A stretch of 33,707 nucleotides of DNA from Candidatus Woesearchaeota archaeon. Its GTDB lineage: Archaea; Nanobdellota; Nanobdellia; Woesearchaeales; J072. Location: assembly GCA_003695265.1 (NCBI GenBank), contig RFII01000037.1:1-33707 (forward strand), in the 5' to 3' direction. The first letter of the stretch is position 1; the number at the start of each line of letters is the position of its first letter. Below the pieces are notes generated by a model. That model was not told where the DNA came from. It worked only from the letters and a program-made list of their open reading frames with translations, and did no database searches. The translations under genes were made by a program, and so were the position numbers. Positions 26,820-33,707 of this stretch are shown here, piece after piece.

Positions 26820-28567
26820 ATACCCCACAATGGGTTGTCCTTGCGCATTATAGCAGCTATTTCTTTTAGCACTTCGATTTCTCCCTCTGAGAAGCAGTGC
26901 TTAAGGCTTTTCTGCTGCCTGAACTCTTCTTCGGATATTGCAGAGTAAAGAATGTCTCCCTCATGAATCTGCCTTCCGACTGTTGCGCCCTCGAGAGCTA
27001 CTGCGACCTGCTTGTTTTTCCCTGCTTCTGCAATGCTTTCTTTTTCCTGCTGAATATTTTTTACTTTTGCAATTGTTTTGCCGTTTTTCATTAGGTCAAT
27101 CCCTGTTTTTAATGTTCCCTCAATGATGTCGACTCCCACAATAGCTGGGTTGCTCTGCCTGAAAACATAACCTTTCATTACCTCAATTTTGCACGGCTTT
27201 GTAAACGCGCAAAGCATCTTTTCCTGCTCTGCCTTTTGTGTTTCCTCACGCCACTTCTCAAAATCCTCAATTAATTTGTAAATTACATTATTAGTTAAAA
27301 TCTTGACTTTTGATGATTTGGCGTCTGATTCTGCTGTGACATTAAATCCTAGTATTACAGCATTTAACGGGTCTGTTCCCAAGTTGCTCTCAGCCTCGAC
27401 AATGTCTTTTTTTGTTATTTTTCCTATTTCTGCCTTTCTTATAGGAACTAGTTTCTCGGCAAGAAGCTTTGAAAGCGCCTCTAACGAGCCGAGAGTGTCA
27501 GCCTTTATTATCACACCTTCTTTCTCAGTTTTTATTAGTACTTCCTCAACCTCTTTTTGGACTTCCTCTTTTGCCTTTTCAACATCAAGCGCAACCATCA
27601 AAGGCATTCCCGCCACTGCATTCTCAAGGCCGGGAGCAGATATTTTTACTCCTGTCGCAGCTATAACTTCTTTGACGTGGTTGAACTTGCTTTTTTTGTC
27701 CCGCATCTCTGCTAATGGTGCTGGCTCAAGCAATGCCCTCACTTTAGTAACAATCGGCTCATCCACTGAACCTATCACAACCGTGTCATTAACTTTTAGA
27801 ACGCCGTCAAATATTATGACATCAATTGTTGAGCCAAGCCCTTTCTCCTCCTTAACTTCGATTATTGTGCCTTTTGCAGGGCCTTCAACGCTGCAGTCAA
27901 GGCATTGATTTAAAAATTTCTGGGCGAGCCCTGCTATCATCATGAGTAGTTCTGGAATTCCTTCTTTTGTTACTGCAGAGCACGGCACAATAGCAACCTG
28001 TTTTGTGTAATCATCAACCCTGTCAAACCTTTCTGACTGAAAACCCAATTCATGTATTCTGCCAACCAGCTCGTATAATTTTTTTTCGATTTCTGTTCTT
28101 ACTTTTTCATCCTGCTCTTGAATTGCAGTGAGGATTGGCTTTTCTGATTTTTTCCATCCGGGTATTAAGTCAATCTTGTTTGCAGCTATGATAAATGGTG
28201 TTTTGTACTGTTTAAGTATTTCAATTGATTCTAGAGTCTGTGGCTTAAAACCCTCGTTGATGTCAACCACAAGAATCGCGATATCTGCTATGTTTCCGCC
28301 GCGTTTCCTTAAGCTGGTAAAGGCTGCGTGTCCTGGAGTGTCAATAAAGAGAAGCCCTGGAATTGTGAAGTCCATTTTCAATTGGCACAACAATTCCTTG
28401 CATATTCTCTTGATAGTCTCAATAGGAATAATGCTTGCACCTATAGCCTGAGTTATCCGTCCTGCTTCTTTCTCGATAATGGCAGTTCCCCTAATGCTGT
28501 CCAGGATAGAACTCTTTCCGTGGTCTACATGACCAACTACTACGCAGATGGGTGATCTGACTGCCAT
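26816..28567 (-). CDS. infB: Translation initiation factor aIF5B (IF-2)
   Basis: RSPI..GHVDHGK, ITQAIGA, DTPGH, NKID, KADTLGSLEAL, FRQSNPAIVGV; no intein. Confidence 0.98.
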   Translation of the reverse strand: MAVRSPICVVVGHVDHGKSSILDSIRGTAIIEKEAGRITQAIGASIIPIETIKRICKELLCQLKMDFTIPGLLFIDTPGHAAFTSLRKRGGNIADIAILVVDINEGFKPQTLESIEILKQYKTPFIIAANKIDLIPGWKKSEKPILTAIQEQDEKVRTEIEKKLYELVGRIHELGFQSERFDRVDDYTKQVAIVPCSAVTKEGIPELLMMIAGLAQKFLNQCLDCSVEGPAKGTIIEVKEEKGLGSTIDVIIFDGVLKVNDTVVIGSVDEPIVTKVRALLEPAPLAEMRDKKSKFNHVKEVIAATGVKISAPGLENAVAGMPLMVALDVEKAKEEVQKEVEEVLIKTEKEGVIIKADTLGSLEALSKLLAEKLVPIRKAEIGKITKKDIVEAESNLGTDPLNAVILGFNVTAESDAKSSKVKILTNNVIYKLIEDFEKWREETQKAEQEKMLCAFTKPCKIEVMKGYVFRQSNPAIVGVDIIEGTLKTGIDLMKNGKTIAKVKNIQQEKESIAEAGKNKQVAVALEGATVGRQIHEGDILYSAISEEEFRQQKSLKHCFSEGEIEVLKEIAAIMRKDNPLWGI

Positions 28568-28616
28568 TTTCAATCATATTAGCAAGGAACAGCGTGTTGT
28601 TTTTATATTTTTTCTT

Positions 28617-28687
28617 TATGTAGCAAAGTCAACTTATGTGAGATAAGTTTTAGTGAAAGGGTGGTGTGTGTGGGACTAAAAAAATTT
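28617..28687. repeat. Dispersed intergenic repeat copy 2 with a dif-like core
   Basis: AAAGTCAACTTATGTGAGATAAGTTTTAGTGAAAGGGTGGTGTGTGTGGGACTAAAAAAATTT; same orientation as copy 1. Confidence 0.9.
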
Positions 28688-28734
28688 TATAATCTCTTAA
28701 CTCAACAAAATTAGCTTAATTTGTAATATGAGTT

Positions 28735-28798
28735 AAAAAAAAGAAATGCGAGAGAGACTTAGAACGTCTGGAAAGGGGGGTTAAGTCTTTCTCTCGCA
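28735..28798 (-). terminator. Long stem-loop plus T-tract downstream of the Lrp gene
   Basis: TGCGAGAGA-GACTTAG (28747-28762) pairs with TTAAGTC-TT-TCTCTCGCA (28781-28798); on the minus strand it is followed by TTTCTTTTTTTT. Confidence 0.55.
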
Positions 28799-28807
28799 AA
28801 AAAATGA

Positions 28808-29260
28808 TTATGCTTCGTGAATGACAGTAAAGCTTGTGGTGTTTTCTATGCCTTCAATCATTTGGATTTTTTGTAGGAGAACCTCATCATACTCCTTTAC
28901 ATCCTTGACGCGCACAATTGCTATTATGTCAGTTCCGCCTGTAACTATGTCTGTCCTTTCAACAAAGTCGAATTTCTTTATTTTTTTTGCAATATCATAT
29001 TGGGAAATTTTGTTTTGCTTGAGCAGCTTAAGGTCAACTTTTATCAGTACATACACTACAAAACCTTTCCCGATTTTTTCATAGTCGAGGTTTATGGTAA
29101 AATTTTTTATTACGCCGTTTTTCCTTAGCTTTTTGATTCTGTTGTGTATGGTTGTTGCCGGAAGCAAAGTTTTTTTTGCTATTTGCCTGGTTGTATAATC
29201 TCCGTTCTCTTTGAGCACTTCAAGTATTTTCAAGTCTTTGTCATCAATAATTCTTTCCAT
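28808..29260 (-). CDS. Lrp/AsnC-family transcription regulator
   Basis: IDDKD.KIL..L.EN......IAK......TIHNRIKKL...GVIK.F HTH plus RAM domain (VTG..D). Confidence 0.95.
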   Translation of the reverse strand: MERIIDDKDLKILEVLKENGDYTTRQIAKKTLLPATTIHNRIKKLRKNGVIKNFTINLDYEKIGKGFVVYVLIKVDLKLLKQNKISQYDIAKKIKKFDFVERTDIVTGGTDIIAIVRVKDVKEYDEVLLQKIQMIEGIENTTSFTVIHEA

Positions 29261-29262
29261 TA

Positions 29263-29278
29263 TGGAACAAATGTTCCA
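29263..29278. promoter_or_regulatory. Putative operator palindrome at the Lrp transcription start
   Basis: Perfect TGGAACA-AA-TGTTCCA between the minus-strand TATA (~29284-29291) and the ATG at 29260. Confidence 0.55.
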
Positions 29279-29367
29279 AATATTATATAAATTTTTCTAT
29301 TTTTTGCAATTTTTTTAATTATTTTTGGATTAAATTATTATATTTGTAATCATTTCTGATTAATAAA

Positions 29368-29889
29368 ATGGTATTCATAAGTGATATTATTGGAAGAGAA
29401 AAGCTGGACGAAGTCGTTGAAATGGTTTTAAGAAGCCCATGGCACATTATTGACGACTTGATGTCCAGTCTCTTAACAACAAAGCGGAACAGGACAAGAA
29501 TCCAGGCAATTGTCTTGCCGTATGACAGTGAAGTGCTTGTTTATTCATGCAGGATAAGGCATGATGACAGCTCATCTGCAATTGGCCGATTAAACAAAGT
29601 GGTTGAAGAAAGCAGAGATATTACAAAAATAAGAGTGGATGAATCAGTGTTTGAAGCATTGAGAGATGACTCGGCATACAACTTGTACCCCTTTGATGAG
29701 GAAGCAGGATTATACCTTAGAAGATGCGAACTGCCGGAAGGCGCTCAGAGAAGGGAAAGCAAACAGTTTTTTTGCATGGGAATAGCAGAGTTCGGAACGC
29801 TCAGAGGCTGCTGGGTTAACAAAATGGTTTACACTCCAGACCCGGAAAGATACAGAATAAAGTCAAAAAGCAAGCTCACTTGGGATTAG
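29368..29889 (+). CDS. Hypothetical protein
   Basis: 173-aa ORF divergent from Lrp with an AT-rich promoter; no motif recognised. Confidence 0.6.
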   Translation: MVFISDIIGREKLDEVVEMVLRSPWHIIDDLMSSLLTTKRNRTRIQAIVLPYDSEVLVYSCRIRHDDSSSAIGRLNKVVEESRDITKIRVDESVFEALRDDSAYNLYPFDEEAGLYLRRCELPEGAQRRESKQFFCMGIAEFGTLRGCWVNKMVYTPDPERYRIKSKSKLTWD

Positions 29890-29894
29890 ATTAG

Positions 29895-30653
29895 TTAATG
29901 ATAGAGAGTGTTGTCTTGATCTAAACCATATTTTCTTTTTAATTCTTCAATCCTGGCTGAGAGCCTACTTATGCCAGCTGTGATTCTGCGCTTTTCTTCC
30001 GTGCTCTCAGCAGCTGTGAGCGCTTCAAGATTAGCGTCAATTCTTTTTTTGAGATCATCAATTTCGCCGATTGCATCCATGCTTTCTTGAAGAGCTGCGA
30101 AATCATGCTCTGTCATTCTTTCCAGCAGGTTAAGGTAATCCCCTCTCATATCAAACAACAGGTCCCTGTACTCTTTGAAGTATGTTGATAATTTCTGCAT
30201 CACTTCCGGCACTGCAGGATTTACTGAAGTCCTTTCTCCAAAGTTCACAGCCATTTGGTAGTATGATTTTCCGCGCTGAACTTGGGCTTCAAAACTTTTA
30301 CTAAGAAAGTCACCACCACAAACGCCTTCAGGAAATAATCCAAGCATGAACAGCAGGAAATCAGCGTTTACCCTGCAGATATCAAACCTTGTCCTGTAAC
30401 TTTTAGAACGGGCAATTCTTTCAAACACGTCTGAGTCGTAAGGAGAGACATATTGCAAAAACCTTCCTGAATTCCTCGACCTCATCGGGTCGAGAAGAAC
30501 TCCTGTGATATAAACATTCACATCCTCATCAAAAATGACACTGTTTGACGGAAAAGAGCTCATTCTTTCTTTAAGCAGACTGCTGATCAAGAAATATGAT
30601 GCCGGATTTGACTCATGAGGATCATTTAAGTCAGTGTAAACTAAATTTTCCAT
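29895..30653 (-). CDS. Hypothetical helical protein with a C-terminal coiled coil
   Basis: 252-aa ORF with TATA about 25 nt upstream; ADFLLF..GLFPE...RGKSYY motif. Confidence 0.7.
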   Translation of the reverse strand: MENLVYTDLNDPHESNPASYFLISSLLKERMSSFPSNSVIFDEDVNVYITGVLLDPMRSRNSGRFLQYVSPYDSDVFERIARSKSYRTRFDICRVNADFLLFMLGLFPEGVCGGDFLSKSFEAQVQRGKSYYQMAVNFGERTSVNPAVPEVMQKLSTYFKEYRDLLFDMRGDYLNLLERMTEHDFAALQESMDAIGEIDDLKKRIDANLEALTAAESTEEKRRITAGISRLSARIEELKRKYGLDQDNTLYH

Positions 30654-30782
30654 TTGAATTTTTTCTCAGAAGAAATATTTAAGAATTTCTGTAAATTTGC
30701 TGTTAATAATCTTTTGCAGCACCAAAATGCTTAAATATTAGTTGTTATTGTAGAATGGTAATAACCAATGGGGTGGTTTTGT

Positions 30783-31163
30783 ATGAATCACAAAGCACTG
30801 TTTGTCACTTTAATTTTTGCGTTTTTGATGATGTCAGGGTTTAACCGCGGCGGATTAAACGTTGGAAGAGTTTATGGCAATTCTCTCAATGACGAATTCG
30901 AGATTTTAGTGAATTCTCACAGCGTGTCAAGAAACTTTGAGGATATGTCAATGCGAGTTTACATACCTGAGCTTGACCTTGTTTTTCCGAGGAGAATGTT
31001 CCGCTTCAGCTCGCACGACTGCTGTAATGGAGACAAAAGGCTTTCAACGCACTTCTTTTCTTATGATAAGAAGAAAACGCCTGACTGCTTTCATGTGAGA
31101 ATAAGCTTGAGGGACAGGAGAAGTTCAAAGCGCGACGTTGATTACGCGCTTGTCTGCCTGTAA
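30783..31163 (+). CDS. Small secreted or membrane-anchored beta-rich protein
   Basis: Signal/TM segment followed by beta strands; start 30768 or 30783. Confidence 0.6.
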   Translation: MNHKALFVTLIFAFLMMSGFNRGGLNVGRVYGNSLNDEFEILVNSHSVSRNFEDMSMRVYIPELDLVFPRRMFRFSSHDCCNGDKRLSTHFFSYDKKKTPDCFHVRISLRDRRSSKRDVDYALVCL

Positions 31164-31202
31164 GTTTAAAGTTTAAATAGTATTTCTTTTTCTTTTACTT
31201 TT

Positions 31203-32216
31203 ATGAGATTAATCCAGGAAGGAAAGGCTGTTGTGTTCGTCGAAAGCTCAGACAATATTAGTAAAAAGCTTGCAGTGTTTTACAACCCTGTCATGAAGCT
31301 TAACAGGGACTTAAGCATCATATTATTAGATTCTCTCACTAAGAACCATCTTAATGTAGGGCTGCCTTTAGCAGGGTCCGGTATAAGAGGCATTCGATTT
31401 CTGAAAGAACTGCCTAGAAGAAAGATTAAGAGCGTTTCTTTCAATGATTACAAGGAAGGCTTCATAGAAATGATGAAAAAAAACTTAGTTGAAAACAGGT
31501 TAATCAATGACAAAAGAGTCCTCTTGTTTAATCAGGATGCGAATGAATTCTTAATGCAAAGCAAGGGCTTTGACTACATTGACATTGACCCTTTCGGCAC
31601 GCCAAACCCTTTCCTCGACTCTGCGGTAAAAAGGCTTTCAAGGAACAGCATCTTAGCAGTAACAGCGACTGACACCTCAGCACTTTGCGGAACACACCAA
31701 AAAGCTTGCGTGAGGAAGTACTGGGCAAAGCCGCTGCACAACGAGCTAAAACATGAAATAGGACTTAGGATTCTAATAAGAAAAGCCCAGCTTGTTGGAG
31801 CGCAGTATGACAAAGCCTTGGTGCCCGTCCTTTCTTTTTCAGTCGATCATTATTTCAGGGTTTTTTTCTCATGCACAAAAGGAAAAGAAGCAGCTGATAA
31901 AATATTAGAGCAGCACGGCTTTTTCAAGGATTCAGGACCTATGTGGCTTGGAAACCTAGGCGACAAAAAGCTGGTCAGCAAAATGCTTAAGAAAGCAGAC
32001 GGCAAAGCCCTTAAACTGCTGGAAATAATAAATGAGGAATTAAGAATTGGCACTGTCGGGTTTTACGACACGCATAAGCTTGGCAAAAGAATCCCTGTGC
32101 GCGATGAGTTAATTGCCAGAATAAGAAGAAAGGGTTTTAAGGCTGGCAGAACCCATTTTAACCCTGTTGGGATTAAGTCAGACATTCCAAAAGAAGAATT
32201 ACTAAAGATTATTTAG
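31203..32216 (+). CDS. trm1: tRNA (guanine-26-N2)-dimethyltransferase Trm1
   Basis: VFYNPVM..NRD, GSGIRGIR, DYIDIDPFGTP, VTATD, HE.GLRIL, GP.WLG, RTHF.P.GIK. Confidence 0.95.
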   Translation: MRLIQEGKAVVFVESSDNISKKLAVFYNPVMKLNRDLSIILLDSLTKNHLNVGLPLAGSGIRGIRFLKELPRRKIKSVSFNDYKEGFIEMMKKNLVENRLINDKRVLLFNQDANEFLMQSKGFDYIDIDPFGTPNPFLDSAVKRLSRNSILAVTATDTSALCGTHQKACVRKYWAKPLHNELKHEIGLRILIRKAQLVGAQYDKALVPVLSFSVDHYFRVFFSCTKGKEAADKILEQHGFFKDSGPMWLGNLGDKKLVSKMLKKADGKALKLLEIINEELRIGTVGFYDTHKLGKRIPVRDELIARIRRKGFKAGRTHFNPVGIKSDIPKEELLKII

Positions 32217-32491
32217 CCAACCGCCCTTCTTACGTCTGTTACTTCAACAGATGCAACGCCCTCAATGCCGGAAATGTTTTTTTCCAGCTCGTCAGTCGAG
32301 CCTTTTGACTCATCCATGACAAATATGATTTGCAAAGCTTTAAGCCCAAAAGCAATTGGCTGCATTTCCTCCCTTGTCTCGGTTTCGCCGCAGAAATCCT
32401 TGATTTTCCCTTTAGCTTCTTCTTTCACTTTCTCAAGGTCTGTTTCCGGCGACTCAGGCATTATTTTCAGCGTGATTATAACATCAGCCAT
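32213..32491 (-). CDS. ef1b: Elongation factor 1-beta
   Basis: KIMPESPETDL...PIAFGLKAL...EGVASVEV. Confidence 0.96.
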   Translation of the reverse strand: MADVIITLKIMPESPETDLEKVKEEAKGKIKDFCGETETREEMQPIAFGLKALQIIFVMDESKGSTDELEKNISGIEGVASVEVTDVRRAVG

Positions 32492-32500
32492 TTGCATCAC

Positions 32501-32686
32501 TTAATTAGGGCCTTCAAATCCGCACTTAGGGCACTTGTACTTCGCAACTATTTTGCGACAGTCCAAGCAGCGCACAATCTCATATTTTAGGCAATTCGGG
32601 CATGGGAATACTGCGTTTCCTTTCTGGTTTGTTATTCTCTTCTTACATGATATGCAAACCAACTGTTTTTCCGGTTTCTCAGCCAT
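32501..32686 (-). CDS. Zn-ribbon protein (DUF1610/HVO_2753-like)
   Basis: CISC...FPCPNC...RCLDCR....YKCPKCGFEGP; canonical position upstream of EF-1beta. Confidence 0.92.
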   Translation of the reverse strand: MAEKPEKQLVCISCKKRITNQKGNAVFPCPNCLKYEIVRCLDCRKIVAKYKCPKCGFEGPN

Positions 32687-32745
32687 TATGCCAACCTCCG
32701 AGAACAGGTCTTTGGAAGAAATTTATAAATCTTTTGTTTTTAAAT

Positions 32746-33705
32746 TTAAAGCAGAATTCTTGACGGCTTTAAAAACACAGTATCTATTATTCTTTGCATT
32801 GTATAATCATAAACACTAATGCTACAAGAATCTTCAGTGATGCTCATAATCATAAAATGATGCTCCTGCGATTTTGCAACCCTTAACTGTTTTAAATAAT
32901 TTGTCTCAGCGTTTGCATCTAAACAGTGCGCACCGTTAGGCTTGGTAGAACTGCATCCAAATCCTCCTCCACCACCGGCAACAATGAAATTTCTTTCATT
33001 ATTATCTTGAGTTTGGATTACGAATCTTTCATATGCGTGGATGTGTCCGCTTAATACTGCTGTTATGTCATATGAATTTAATAAAGAATTAATTGATTCC
33101 TTAACATTTTGGTAAGGCCCTCTTCCGGCAGTTGTGTAAGGTGGGTAGTGTAAGACTAAAAAATTAAATCTTTTTGATTTAGTATCTAGGGTTTGTTTTA
33201 TCCAATTTTCTTGGTCCTGAGATAATCTTACATTACTATGAACATCCATACAAACAAATAAAGCAAGAGGATCTTCAATGTAATAATAATTTCCATTTCC
33301 ATTTTGAGGTATATATCCGTCAAAGAAATCAAGATATTTTTCTAGGCCAACAAAAGAATCATGATTGCCAATTAAAGGATAAAAAGGAATTTTTGATCTT
33401 AAATCAGAAGTTATTTCATCAAATTTAGACCATTGGTTAGTTCCTAGATTGTGTACTTGATCTCCCATGCATATAACCATATCAGGAGATTCTCGTAACA
33501 AGTTATCTATTACTCTCCTATGATATACTTCAGATGGCTGAAATTCTTGTGAACCATCGTAACCTGCATGAGGATCACTATAAATTCCCACTCTCAATTT
33601 GACGGGTTTTTTATGCTTATTTTCCCAGTTATCAATAATTATTTCATCGTCACTACAACCCAGATTTATTGATGTAAATGTAAGTGGAACGAGCAATCCT
33701 GTTAA
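32746..33705 (-). CDS. Calcineurin-like metallophosphoesterase, probable lipoprotein; start lies beyond the window edge
   Basis: D.H (SDPH), GD, GNHD, HYPPY and SGHIH motifs; LGC lipobox-like; frame open to the window end. Confidence 0.88.
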   Translation of the reverse strand, partial: LTGLLVPLTFTSINLGCSDDEIIIDNWENKHKKPVKLRVGIYSDPHAGYDGSQEFQPSEVYHRRVIDNLLRESPDMVICMGDQVHNLGTNQWSKFDEITSDLRSKIPFYPLIGNHDSFVGLEKYLDFFDGYIPQNGNGNYYYIEDPLALFVCMDVHSNVRLSQDQENWIKQTLDTKSKRFNFLVLHYPPYTTAGRGPYQNVKESINSLLNSYDITAVLSGHIHAYERFVIQTQDNNERNFIVAGGGGGFGCSSTKPNGAHCLDANAETNYLKQLRVAKSQEHHFMIMSITEDSCSISVYDYTMQRIIDTVFLKPSRILL

Positions 33706-33707
33706 AC

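Noticed and set aside
27303..28555. Plus-strand ORFs inside aIF5B
   Set aside because: Antisense shadows of infB.
28765..28780. Origin recognition box (CTGGAAAGGGGGG)
   Set aside because: Single partial match lacking the TCCA-TGGA dyad, and no cdc6/orc1 gene nearby.

Overview
Archaeal chromosomal fragment, most consistent with a DPANN lineage such as Woesearchaeota (inferred from compact archaeal housekeeping genes rpl37ae-rpoP-pcc1-pfdB, aIF5B, EF-1beta, Trm1 and a DRG GTPase, plus AT-rich TATA promoters). The left 13.5 kb is a co-oriented cell-surface cluster. It holds a 2251-aa mosaic adhesin whose C-terminal domain resembles a small neighbouring subunit, several proteins with a TM helix followed by a beta-strand, and two paralogous membrane-anchored Ig/chaperone-like proteins. 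I read this as a candidate undescribed donor-strand fibre (pilus-like) system. Other highlights: an adjacent RelA/SpoT-type hydrolase and a divergent RelA/SpoT-like synthetase split by a ~300-aa insertion; a ~65-bp dispersed repeat with a dif/Xer-like core beside two accessory segments; and a tRNA-Pro(UGG) with two introns. No CRISPR array, transposase, integrase or reverse transcriptase is visible. All family calls come from reading motifs by eye, not from database searches.
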